From a virus (lineage: Duplodnaviria; Caudoviricetes), in IMG/VR virus record IMGVR_UViG_3300011008_000038, positions 22,871 to 86,870 of that record: DNA of 64,000 nucleotides; one strand, written 5' to 3'. Each line of letters starts with the position of its first letter. Position 1 is the first letter of the stretch. The notes under the pieces were generated by a model. It was not told where the DNA came from and did not search any database. It was given only the letters and a program-made list of their open reading frames with translations. Made by a program: the position numbers and the translations under genes. Below, piece by piece: positions 38,711 through 48,594 of this stretch.

Positions 38711-39769
38711 TTATAAACTTATTCTTGGTAAATAATTATCTGTAACATATGTAGCATTTTTTTCATTTAATATTACATTATCTATTACACCTGATCCAAT
38801 GATGTTAACTTCTTTGATGTGATACTTATATTCTTTATTGAATGGAATTATTTCATTTTCATTACTATTAATCATATTCTTTATATGATTTATATAATAA
38901 TAAAATCCTGGATAATTATCTTTACTATGAATAATTTCCAATGCATATTTTCTATTATGAATTACATCTGATGGATATTTATCACTCGAATAATGATACG
39001 TTGGAAAATAATAAATTTTTGAAGGTATTGCTAAACTATATAATATTTTTTGAAATTCTTTTAATATATATTCATTTTCATGTAATATTGTATTCACATA
39101 TGGAAAATATTCAGAATTATATCCAACATCAAATATTGCTCGAATAAATTGTTTTCTATCATTTAATGAAGCAAATTGATATTCAAGTGGAATAATTGGA
39201 TCATTCCAATTATGAGTTTTTGCATAAAAATTATAATTTGGGAAGAATTCTTTCCATGTGATTCTTTCATTCAAATTATTTTTATGAGCAAAAAACATTT
39301 TATTATTTTCCAATATAGTAGCATATTCTACTTTATATTTATATGAGAATGTACTATTACCATTTACGATATCACTTGGTAATGAAATATACTTATTTTC
39401 ATAATCTCCGTAAAATAATAATAATCCTGCAGTATAAGGATCAGGAAATAATAGATTCTGCAGTTCATTAAATTCAAATTCTCTCATTTCAATGTTTGAA
39501 TGCACCCAATTTAAATTATCATTTAATTGCATAATATAATTATCTCCTATATAAATCATATCATCCAATCCTATTAATTGTGATCTATTATCACTATAAA
39601 TGACATTACAAATATATTTATATTCTATTGGAATAACTTTTTCTACTATTAAATATTTATTAAACCTATAATCATATAATTTATCTCCTGGATATAAGTT
39701 ATCTATAAATTCAATTCCTTTATTTGTTAATACTTTTATTTTATAATGATTATTATTTCCAAATATCAT
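38711..39769 (-). CDS. free-standing degenerate intein-like protein (HINT + LAGLIDADG-type domain)
   Basis: KVLTNKG..DNLYPGDKLY (block A-like), DPYTAGLLLFYGD and IPLEYQFAS..DRKQFIRAIFD (DOD blocks), TYVTDNYL (block G-like); no exteins, no terminal Asn. Confidence 0.65.
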   Translation of the reverse strand: MIFGNNNHYKIKVLTNKGIEFIDNLYPGDKLYDYRFNKYLIVEKVIPIEYKYICNVIYSDNRSQLIGLDDMIYIGDNYIMQLNDNLNWVHSNIEMREFEFNELQNLLFPDPYTAGLLLFYGDYENKYISLPSDIVNGNSTFSYKYKVEYATILENNKMFFAHKNNLNERITWKEFFPNYNFYAKTHNWNDPIIPLEYQFASLNDRKQFIRAIFDVGYNSEYFPYVNTILHENEYILKEFQKILYSLAIPSKIYYFPTYHYSSDKYPSDVIHNRKYALEIIHSKDNYPGFYYYINHIKNMINSNENEIIPFNKEYKYHIKEVNIIGSGVIDNVILNEKNATYVTDNYLPRISL

Positions 39770-39883
39770 TTTTCTCTCAACTCCGTGTAAAATGTTCAAT
39801 ATATTAATTCAAAGTTTTCAACATGGATATTAAATTGTACATGATATTTTATTATTTTTTATATAAAGGAGACTAATTATAAC

Positions 39884-40876
39884 ATGAGCAAAGAACAAGA
39901 AAATGTTTCTTCTTCGATATATAGTATTTATGAAAAATTGATGAAAGAAAAATCTGAGAAGAAAGAAGAAAAGAAGAGACTTAAATTAGAAAAGAAATTA
40001 GAAAAATCAGAAAAGAAAAAAACCAAACAAGAGCGAGAAGAAGAATATAAAAATAATTTAGATAAGTGGGAAGAATCATTATACAATCTTACAGGTGATG
40101 AATTAGAATATTCTGAAAAACCTAAAAAGAAAAAGAAATATACTAAATGGATTGGTGAAGATGATACCGTAACAAATCTTGTTAAGAAACCTAAAAAGAA
40201 AAAAAAGATTAGTCATAAAAAAGCATTTGAAAAAGATATAGAAATTGCCCAAGCATTTTTATCTGAACAAAATAAATTGAATGCTGATCTTCAGAAACGA
40301 TTTAATTTGATTGCTGGACCAGCTGACAAGAATAGTATGCCATTGAATAAAACAACTGTTGATTTATTATCGGTGTTAATGAGTGGAAGAGCAAATTCAT
40401 TAGGTATTATTAGAGAAATTGGTAATCTTAAAAAGATTAGTGCGGATCTTGATATTAAACAACAACAAATTGATTTGAAAAAATATGGCGAATCTGATGG
40501 AGCTGATACAAATTTAGGTTTATCTGGATCAGATATGATGACTTCAATATTTAATAATAATATTGGATATAATTCTCCAATACAAGCACAGAATCCAAGT
40601 TTTGATAATATTCCATCAATTGATTCATCTAGATGGGAAGCCCCAGAATTGGAATCAAATTATGTTAAATATGAAAATGTTCCTCATAAAGTTGTTGTTG
40701 AACGAAATATGATTACGGGAGATATGAAATTTAAAGCTGTTAGAACTGATAATGGTGAAGAAATCAATGACTATCCATTACCAACTACGGATGTAAATAA
40801 ATTGCAAATTAATGAAGATACTAAAGTTGTTAAAGGAAAATTTGATGAATTATATCCATTGATAGATGTTCATTAG
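39884..40876 (+). CDS. hypothetical protein with Lys/Glu-rich N-terminus
   Basis: ORF with SD AAGGAG. Confidence 0.7.
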   Translation: MSKEQENVSSSIYSIYEKLMKEKSEKKEEKKRLKLEKKLEKSEKKKTKQEREEEYKNNLDKWEESLYNLTGDELEYSEKPKKKKKYTKWIGEDDTVTNLVKKPKKKKKISHKKAFEKDIEIAQAFLSEQNKLNADLQKRFNLIAGPADKNSMPLNKTTVDLLSVLMSGRANSLGIIREIGNLKKISADLDIKQQQIDLKKYGESDGADTNLGLSGSDMMTSIFNNNIGYNSPIQAQNPSFDNIPSIDSSRWEAPELESNYVKYENVPHKVVVERNMITGDMKFKAVRTDNGEEINDYPLPTTDVNKLQINEDTKVVKGKFDELYPLIDVH

Positions 40877-40894
40877 AAGGAGATGAATTTAATT

Positions 40895-43800
40895 ATGAGT
40901 ACTTCTAATACGAAACAATCAAATCCAATTCAACAAGTATTTTTAGAAATTAATAAAATTTTAGAATTTGTTGAATTTAAAGATAAAATTAAAGCACAAG
41001 AAAATGAAACTGATGAAAGTAGAAAATTAGCAGAAATTTATATGGGTGCAGTAATTGAAGATGATACTTATCTGAGATATCATAATTGGTGGACTAAAGA
41101 AATATTCCAAGAAATAATTCCGAATGCTCGACTACAAGATATAATGTATTTTATGAAAAATCCATATTCAGTTCCATTAAATTTTCATAAAGATTTGTTG
41201 GAAAAAAGTAGACAAAGATTTCTTGATTTGTTTGAAGAGCAAAATGACTACTATAGAACACTATTAGGATTGCCTCCATATGAGGAAACTAAAAATAATT
41301 TTATTTATTTAAGTGAAGAATTACAAAATAAATTTCAAGTTGATAATATTCCAATACATGAATTATCTGATATGATTCAGAATAATTATATGGCTACGGA
41401 TGAATACAAACAAGTATTATTGGATAATCCTGATAAAGAATATTTAAAATATTTGGGAATGTATAAGATTGATTTATACACGGCAAGAAAAGCTAAAGAT
41501 TTTGAAATTATTAGATATCCAAAAAATAGATCAGATATTAATCCCAATCTATTAAAAGTATTTTCACAATTATATGATAACTATAGAGAATATGTTGTTG
41601 TAGCTTTATACAACGAAAAGTTAGAAAATGTTTACACAAATTATAGAACATTTATGAAATTATTGATACAAACATTTGTATTATTACATATAAACAATAA
41701 ATGTTTGGAAGCATCAATAGATCATAATTATCTTGATGATTTTGTTATATATACTCTATTATCAATGTATGGAATAGATGATAGTTTATTATTATCAAAA
41801 GAAGTAAAAAGAAAATTAGCTACTCATATTCGACAATTAATTCAAGATAAAGCAACTAATAATATTTATTATGATTTAATAAATATACTTGGATATGAAG
41901 ATGTTAATATTAGTAAATTATTATTAATGAAAGGCCAAGATTTTGATAATACAAAAGCTCTTAGTACAAATACACCATATTTTTTAAAAGTAAATTTGCA
42001 AGATGATGATTTGTATAAAACTATTACTAATGGAAATTATTCATTATATTCATATAATGATATAATTGATAATGATCCAATGTGGTGGAACCTTGATGAT
42101 GTAAAAGATATAATCAATAGCAGTGAATACACACTATCCGATTCAAAATATATTACCATAGATGCAACAATTCATCAGATGCAATATATGATGGAATCAA
42201 TATTCTTTATAAGAATGATATTGGATAATAAATATTCAACTAATGATTTTAAAATTCAAATTCCAGAATTATTTCAAGAAAGTATTAGCATATTTGATAT
42301 CATAGTATTTATTATTACAGCTACATGTATGGCTAATGGTTTAACAGGTGAAATATTACATTCTGATTTTATATATGGATATTATCATGATAATAAATTT
42401 TATACAAATAATGAATATACAGAATTATGTGAAAAATCAACTATAAAATTTTATGTTGATTTATTAACCAATGAAGTTTATAAATATAATTATTTGACCA
42501 AATCATTTTATGTGGTAACTAATATCGTTCAACAAGATCAATTACTTGCAATGAGCGGATTTAATTTTGATTTGAATATTCCTGATTTATTAAATTATAT
42601 CAATAATAGTAAATATTTGGATAAAGATAAATTAATTTCATTTATTTCAAACTTATCAATGAATGATATATCAGATGTTAGCAGAGTATATAATACCATA
42701 CTAATTCCACTGAGAGAATGGTTGGATAAAAAAATTATAAATTCTACAAATAGAATTGAATATGTTGAATATGAAAATATTTATAGAGCTTTATTTACAT
42801 ATGATGCTACCAAGAATACATTTTATGATGAACATGAAATGCCATTACAAATTATTCAAGAGAAATATAATTTATCGGATGATGATTTATTAGCATATAA
42901 ATATTTTTATCCACATAATTTGGATAATACAGCAATTACCACTGATAACAATGGAGCAATTAATGATATAAATGATCGATATAAATATCCTTTCTTAAAA
43001 TATGATAACCAAATCGATTGGTTTATTCATATATTTATTAATACCGCAAATGGAGAAGAAGATAGAGGCTTTGTATATTTTTATGATATTCTCAATAGTG
43101 ATGATCTTAGAACATTAACAAATCCTGATGGAACTAGAATATTTATGGATTATATAGATGAAGAAATTGGATGGCAAATTAATGAAAAAGCTGTCGAAAA
43201 GGCAATTGAATTAATTGATAATTTACCAGAAAATGCATTATGTAATGCATATTTTCAAGTATATACACCAATTCCAAAATCAAATGGTAAAGAATTTTAT
43301 CAGGATGAAAAACTTCCATCTATAATTAGATTTGGTAATACATATAAAAATATTTTAATTGATAAACTTAAAATGGATATGGATGGATTATCAGAACCAC
43401 CAAAAACATATAAAGAATATTTATATAGACAGAACGAAAATTTATATAATCTATTAATGAAAGATAATAGATTTGAATATAATAAAGAAGCATGGTTAAA
43501 TGATATATCTATAATAATAAATCATTTAGAAGTTGAATTAGGAATACAACTAAAATATTTTGAGCAATATGCTTTAGGAGAAGATTTATTCTTTAAACCA
43601 TTAATTACTCTTATTAAACGATTTAAATCTAATTTAGTTGATATTGCAAAAGTTGGATTAAAATATGTATTTGATGATAAGATTGATACTGGTGGAAATG
43701 GTAATGTGATAAAATTATTTGATGATATTTCATTCATAACTCATTTTGTTACAATGAAAGATAATTCATTTTCATCTCTTATGGGATTATATGATGTAAT

Positions 43801-44068
43801 GTCTAATTTTAAACGACATTTAATAATCAATGACAAAGCTTCTCAGATAATACAAAAAATAAATGGAATTAAAGTAATTAAACGAAGTGATGATATTGGA
43901 TCATTACGATTAGTTGATGAAATGAAGTTTTTCAAAAATGGTGAAAATATTGATCCGGATGGACAACCATCATATTGGGATGCCAGTGAAGAACATGTTG
44001 GAAGATGGGAAGATCACAATAATTTTGAAATGAGAGATTATACAGATATTGTAAAAATAAAAAAATGA
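40895..44068 (+). CDS. large putative virion structural protein (about 1060 aa)
   Basis: Long ORF with SD AAGGAG, in structural-gene context; start could also be 40883. Confidence 0.55.
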   Translation: MSTSNTKQSNPIQQVFLEINKILEFVEFKDKIKAQENETDESRKLAEIYMGAVIEDDTYLRYHNWWTKEIFQEIIPNARLQDIMYFMKNPYSVPLNFHKDLLEKSRQRFLDLFEEQNDYYRTLLGLPPYEETKNNFIYLSEELQNKFQVDNIPIHELSDMIQNNYMATDEYKQVLLDNPDKEYLKYLGMYKIDLYTARKAKDFEIIRYPKNRSDINPNLLKVFSQLYDNYREYVVVALYNEKLENVYTNYRTFMKLLIQTFVLLHINNKCLEASIDHNYLDDFVIYTLLSMYGIDDSLLLSKEVKRKLATHIRQLIQDKATNNIYYDLINILGYEDVNISKLLLMKGQDFDNTKALSTNTPYFLKVNLQDDDLYKTITNGNYSLYSYNDIIDNDPMWWNLDDVKDIINSSEYTLSDSKYITIDATIHQMQYMMESIFFIRMILDNKYSTNDFKIQIPELFQESISIFDIIVFIITATCMANGLTGEILHSDFIYGYYHDNKFYTNNEYTELCEKSTIKFYVDLLTNEVYKYNYLTKSFYVVTNIVQQDQLLAMSGFNFDLNIPDLLNYINNSKYLDKDKLISFISNLSMNDISDVSRVYNTILIPLREWLDKKIINSTNRIEYVEYENIYRALFTYDATKNTFYDEHEMPLQIIQEKYNLSDDDLLAYKYFYPHNLDNTAITTDNNGAINDINDRYKYPFLKYDNQIDWFIHIFINTANGEEDRGFVYFYDILNSDDLRTLTNPDGTRIFMDYIDEEIGWQINEKAVEKAIELIDNLPENALCNAYFQVYTPIPKSNGKEFYQDEKLPSIIRFGNTYKNILIDKLKMDMDGLSEPPKTYKEYLYRQNENLYNLLMKDNRFEYNKEAWLNDISIIINHLEVELGIQLKYFEQYALGEDLFFKPLITLIKRFKSNLVDIAKVGLKYVFDDKIDTGGNGNVIKLFDDISFITHFVTMKDNSFSSLMGLYDVMSNFKRHLIINDKASQIIQKINGIKVIKRSDDIGSLRLVDEMKFFKNGENIDPDGQPSYWDASEEHVGRWEDHNNFEMRDYTDIVKIKK

Positions 44069-44077
44069 AGAATTATA

Positions 44078-44111
44078 AAAAGAGGTTGGGAAATGTTTCC
44101 CAACCTCTTTT
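44078..44111. terminator. bidirectional terminator-like hairpin
   Basis: AAAAGAGGTTGGGAAA-TG-TTTCCCAACCTCTTTT between convergent genes. Confidence 0.75.
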
Positions 44112-44126
44112 AAAATCTCTTTAATT

Positions 44127-44873
44127 TTATTCTGCTTCGACATAAGGTTCAGATTCAACATCTGAAGTTTCAACATCAATGATTTCAGTTTCAGAACTTT
44201 CAACGGTTGTTTCATCGTCGGACTTCTTCTTGTAGTAGAAGAATCCGCCAGTTGTTGCTACAACCAACAGAGTTGAAATTATTCCGCCATAAATCCACAT
44301 TGTTTTTTTCTTTATGGCATTTGCAATTTCTTTACCATTTGCTGCCAGTTTTTCAACAATGTTTCCATTGATTCTTTTTGAAATGAGTCCATCATAACAC
44401 TTTCCGAAAACAATTTCGGGAATCTTTTTGATAGACACTTCTTTTTCAAATATTACATTATCCCGTCTAGCAGGGATCTTTGTTATATCAGTGTCATCAT
44501 CTGATACAACTTGAAGATTTTTATAAAATTCTTCAATTTCGTCATTAAACTTATCTGCTAGATAAGCAAGTTGGCTTATCTCTTTTTCAGACAAGTCATA
44601 TTCTCTGAAAAGAAGGGATAATTCTCCTTCTTTTGTTTTATATACTTTTGCACCTAATGTTACAGGTACAAGTAAATAATTAAATGGAACGATTATCTTT
44701 CTAATCAACTCTTCTTCTGTTTTCACAGAATGCATCAGTTTGGGTGCTTCCGTGTCAATGAAAAACATTATGTCAAACATAATGTCGCTCACTGTCTTTG
44801 TTTCTTTCTTTTCTCCGAACAAATTACCAATAAATTTTAACATAATAATACCTCCTAAAATTTTATAAATCAA
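44127..44873 (-). CDS. hypothetical protein with C-terminal transmembrane helix
   Basis: WIYGGIISTLLVVATTGGFFYY followed by an acidic tail; likely start at MLKF. Confidence 0.65.
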   Translation of the reverse strand: MIYKILGGIIMLKFIGNLFGEKKETKTVSDIMFDIMFFIDTEAPKLMHSVKTEEELIRKIIVPFNYLLVPVTLGAKVYKTKEGELSLLFREYDLSEKEISQLAYLADKFNDEIEEFYKNLQVVSDDDTDITKIPARRDNVIFEKEVSIKKIPEIVFGKCYDGLISKRINGNIVEKLAANGKEIANAIKKKTMWIYGGIISTLLVVATTGGFFYYKKKSDDETTVESSETEIIDVETSDVESEPYVEAE

Positions 44874-45279
44874 ACATTTTGCAGAAGTATTTCAATACAT
44901 CTGCTATTGTTTCGAACGCTTGTGAGATTTTCAGTTTTCCCACAGTTCCTTTGAAATAGTATGGGAATTCTTTCCCGAGTTGATATATAATTCCCAATTT
45001 AAAATCTGTTTTTGATTTTAATTCCTCACCAACCACAATTAGTGATATATCAGCATTTTTTTTAATAATATCAACTAGTGATGGTTTACTTAATTCGAAA
45101 TTGTATATTACAATATCAACATCCCTACTATGTTCTTTATGGAAAATCGTTGTTTGAATTCGTATCTGATTAGTATCAGATACGAAGATTTTTGGTTCTT
45201 TCAGAAAATTTTCGCCATTCAATGAAATCATTCCTTGAATGTCTTTTATTAAAACAGACAAGATTTTACCTCCTTTCAA
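44863..45279 (-). CDS. hypothetical protein
   Basis: ORF track; SD AAGGAGG. Confidence 0.6.
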   Translation of the reverse strand: MKGGKILSVLIKDIQGMISLNGENFLKEPKIFVSDTNQIRIQTTIFHKEHSRDVDIVIYNFELSKPSLVDIIKKNADISLIVVGEELKSKTDFKLGIIYQLGKEFPYYFKGTVGKLKISQAFETIADVLKYFCKMFDL

Positions 45280-45378
45280 TTATTTACTTACTATTATAAT
45301 ATATAATCATATTTTAAAGCTATACTGAGGAATTATAAAATTATAGAGGATCCAGTAACAAGGATCCTCTATAATTTG

Positions 45379-45630
45379 TTAATGTAAATTAAGAAGATAT
45401 TCTCGAATATTATCATGATGAACAATATCATCTGAAATTGGAGTATTATTGTGATAATAATATCGTTGAATTCTAAATGTTCTGTCTGGATTAGTTGGAT
45501 ATATTTTAAAATATCCTTTATGGAATTTTAAAATTAATCCGTTATTTAATCCACTACTTTCAAAAACCTGTATAGGTTTTTCTGGAAACATGTTAATTAT
45601 ATCATTAACAGTTTCATTCCTCAAATACAT
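45379..45630 (-). CDS. hypothetical protein
   Basis: ORF track; closely follows the HU-like gene. Confidence 0.55.
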   Translation of the reverse strand: MYLRNETVNDIINMFPEKPIQVFESSGLNNGLILKFHKGYFKIYPTNPDRTFRIQRYYYHNNTPISDDIVHHDNIREYLLNLH

Positions 45631-45640
45631 TTAACACCAT

Positions 45641-46213
45641 CTACTTTTCAATTAAATTACCAGATGGGTCCTTTCTAATCTTTGTCTGTAAATAATCGGG
45701 AGTTCCTGATTTAGCTCTTACCTCAATATGGTCCTGAGTTGTAATTTCAGTGGTACCCAAAAATTCTTGAGTTTCGGGATTACGAACATTGACAGTACGA
45801 CTTTTCCCTTCCTGATTGGTGAGGTAGATAGAACCCTGAAATTCTGGCTGAGTTGGAAGATCAAATTTCTTCCCACATTTAATCCACTCCTCTACAATTA
45901 CAGGAATAGCTTGAGCAAGTCCAGATGTAACAATTTCAGTTGAATCAAATTTATCAATTTCAGATTTCTGAGGATATTTTGCTTTATCCAAAGTTTTCTT
46001 AAAATCTGAACGGATAAGTTCTGAAACATTCATAGTTCCAGTTTCTTTTCCATCTTTATCATAAGTCTTGATATTGAATGTTGTATCATTTGAAATTGCT
46101 GATACTAAATCTGAAAATCCATTCTTGCTAAATGAACCTTTTCCTGTGAGCGTTTGGGAAACTTTATCCTCACCTTTTAAGTTTCCAAGTGTTTCATTCA
46201 TTAATTTTGTCAT
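45641..46213 (-). CDS. HU/IHF-like DNA-binding protein (extended)
   Basis: C-terminal KKFDLP..GSIYL..RTVNVRNPETQE..ITT resembles the HU beta-arm RNPxTGE. Confidence 0.5.
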   Translation of the reverse strand: MTKLMNETLGNLKGEDKVSQTLTGKGSFSKNGFSDLVSAISNDTTFNIKTYDKDGKETGTMNVSELIRSDFKKTLDKAKYPQKSEIDKFDSTEIVTSGLAQAIPVIVEEWIKCGKKFDLPTQPEFQGSIYLTNQEGKSRTVNVRNPETQEFLGTTEITTQDHIEVRAKSGTPDYLQTKIRKDPSGNLIEK

Positions 46214-46374
46214 AATAAGATTCCTCCTATAAATTATTAAATAATATTAATTTAAAATTAAAATTTTGATCTGTATATATAGATAATTATATCTAAAATC
46301 AACTTTAATTCTATAGTAATAATATATCATTAAATTTATTAGGAGTTTCCCGAACATAATAAAATATCATAAAT

Positions 46375-46782
46375 TTATGATTTATACAAATCCATCAATA
46401 CAGAATATTTTCTATCCAGTTCATCGTATTGTTTCGATAAATCTTTAATGACATTTATATTCTCATCTACTTCATTTTTTAATGATTCACTAACTTCAAT
46501 TTCTAATTTTTTAGATATATTTATATCAATATCCAAAATATACAATAATATTTTATCAATAACAGATTGATGTTTTAATGCAATTAAAGCTATTTGGTTT
46601 TCAACGTCTTGTTTATGTTTCAATATGTTATTACTCTTCTCTATTTTATCTGTGATATCATCTTGTTTTCTTTGGAGCAATACAGTTAGAATTGTTGTAA
46701 TAGCAGCAATGATAGCTAAAATTATTTGGGCCAAATACTCCATGATGTATAAGTCACCTCTTTTTATATGTAGTATTTTCAA
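46375..46782 (-). CDS. single-pass membrane coiled-coil protein
   Basis: YLAQIILAIIAAITTILTVLL then heptad-rich helix. Confidence 0.6.
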   Translation of the reverse strand: MKILHIKRGDLYIMEYLAQIILAIIAAITTILTVLLQRKQDDITDKIEKSNNILKHKQDVENQIALIALKHQSVIDKILLYILDIDINISKKLEIEVSESLKNEVDENINVIKDLSKQYDELDRKYSVLMDLYKS

Positions 46783-46797
46783 GTTTAATTAGTCAAC

Positions 46798-47439
46798 TCA
46801 ATATCGAGATGAAGTATTTTCCGTTTCTGTTCGAATCAATGAATAACATTTAATACTCAATTTATATATGAAAAAATGGTTTAATAAAAAAGATACAAAC
46901 ACAAGACACATTACTCCACCGCAGATGAAATTGAATAGCCATAAATATTTTATTATTGATCTTCTACTATAAATCATATATAATAATTTTCCATTATCAT
47001 CAATATTCCATTTAAAATAAATATTTGCTTCATAATTATTGTGTTCAAATGTCGTTTGTCCTTCTTCTAGTGTTTGTAATTGTTTCATTAATTCTGGATG
47101 ATCTTTGATATTCATTGTTGGATCAGAATTATCCAATATAATAGAAAATACTGAATTGAATTTATCATCATATATTTCAATTCTTTTGTATGCTTCTGGT
47201 CTATAATTTTTTAAATATTTTGATAATTCTTCTCGATTCGATAACATTAAATTATCATTTAGCATCATTGCTTCTTTACTAGATATTTCTAGTTCTTTTA
47301 ATTTACTATTCGTAAACTGATTTAAAAATAATAACGAAATTCCAATTGTAAGCATTATCAGTATATTCACATACTGATAAATATGTCGTTTATTCGACAT
47401 AACCACATCATTCCTTCCTAAATAAATAAAAAATTCCAA
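46798..47439 (-). CDS. two-TM membrane protein with an intervening soluble domain
   Basis: TM1 ILIMLTIGISLLFL, about 130-aa loop, TM2 YLWLFNFICGGVMCLVFVSFLL. Confidence 0.6.
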   Translation of the reverse strand: MEFFIYLGRNDVVMSNKRHIYQYVNILIMLTIGISLLFLNQFTNSKLKELEISSKEAMMLNDNLMLSNREELSKYLKNYRPEAYKRIEIYDDKFNSVFSIILDNSDPTMNIKDHPELMKQLQTLEEGQTTFEHNNYEANIYFKWNIDDNGKLLYMIYSRRSIIKYLWLFNFICGGVMCLVFVSFLLNHFFIYKLSIKCYSLIRTETENTSSRY

Positions 47440-47547
47440 TTTCAGATATTTATTAAAAATTCAGTAGTATTTACATTTTGGTAAATTACGATAAATATTG
47501 ATAATGGGGAACTTTTGAAGTTCCCCATTATCATAAATAATAAAAAA

Positions 47548-47671
47548 TTATCTAGAATATAATCTATAGATCATTTTAATTTTATCACCTGTAATCAATG
47601 TTAATGATGGTCTTGTATATAATGAGAATAACCGCAATGACTCATATTCATCTTTTTCAGAGTTGTACCAA
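47548..47671 (-). repeat. 124-bp copy of the 3' end of the 48595..49560 gene
   Basis: Matches 48595-48718 with two mismatches; encodes WYNSEKDEYESLRLFSLYTRPSLTLITGDKIKMIYRLYSR-stop. Confidence 0.92.
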
Positions 47672-47768
47672 TTTTTTACAATATTAATTATGATTTCTAA
47701 TTAAAAAAATAATAATAATATATTATATTTATAATATATTATAAAATATTAATGAGGAGAAGATTATT

Positions 47769-48545
47769 GTGATTAAAGATTTAGATAATAATATTATTTG
47801 GAAAGATATTATAATTAATGGAATTTTAACTTATTATGAAGTATCTAATACAGGATTAGTAAGAAATAAGAAAAGAGGTAATATATTAATTCCAGATAAT
47901 ATAAATAAAGGATATTTACGAGTAATTCTTTATGTTGATAAAAAAATGATGCATAAATTTATTCATGTATTAGTGGCTTTAGCTTTTATACCAAATGACG
48001 ATCCAGAACATAAAACTCAAATAAATCACATAAATGGTATAAAATATGACAACAGAGTTGAAAATTTAGAATGGTGTGATCAATCTCATAATATAAAAGA
48101 AGCATTTAGATTAGGATTGATTAAATCTAAATATGGAGAGGATCATCATAATAGTATTTATACAAATGATGAAATAAATTTAGTATGTCAATTATTAGAA
48201 CAAAAAATTCCTATGAAATTAATTACTAAATTAACTAATATTTCTTATAGTAAAATAAAAAGCGTGAAAAGTGGAAATACATGGAAATATATATCTTTGT
48301 CATATAATATTAATTATAAAGAAAATTATAATTATAAAAATATTAAATATAAAGATTTAAAAAAGATATTAATTAAATTAAATATATTCAATACTATTGA
48401 TTTATCTGACCTATTATATTCTAAATATATAATTAAAAAGAAAAAATTAATTAAAGATTTAGAAAATCTAGGATATGAAATATTTATAGATAAAAAATTA
48501 ATAAAAGAATTTAAAAAAGATTATGAAGATAATGATGATAAATAA
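47769..48545 (+). CDS. NUMOD4-HNH homing endonuclease (free-standing)
   Basis: YEVSNTGLVRN, GYLRV, HVLVALAFI, INHINGIKYDNRVENLEWC..HN; SD GAGGAG. Confidence 0.9.
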   Translation: MIKDLDNNIIWKDIIINGILTYYEVSNTGLVRNKKRGNILIPDNINKGYLRVILYVDKKMMHKFIHVLVALAFIPNDDPEHKTQINHINGIKYDNRVENLEWCDQSHNIKEAFRLGLIKSKYGEDHHNSIYTNDEINLVCQLLEQKIPMKLITKLTNISYSKIKSVKSGNTWKYISLSYNINYKENYNYKNIKYKDLKKILIKLNIFNTIDLSDLLYSKYIIKKKKLIKDLENLGYEIFIDKKLIKEFKKDYEDNDDK

Positions 48546-48586
48546 ATTTAATATAAATGAGGATTAATCCTCATTTATATTAAATT
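48545..48586. terminator. perfect 42-bp palindrome between convergent genes
   Basis: AATTTAATATAAATGAGGATT-AATCCTCATTTATATTAAATT. Confidence 0.75.
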
Positions 48587-48594
48587 AAATATTA

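Noticed and set aside
47672-47768. Possible second group I intron around the HNH gene
   Set aside because: No P7 (R/S) motifs or IGS found, and the host gene is complete without splicing
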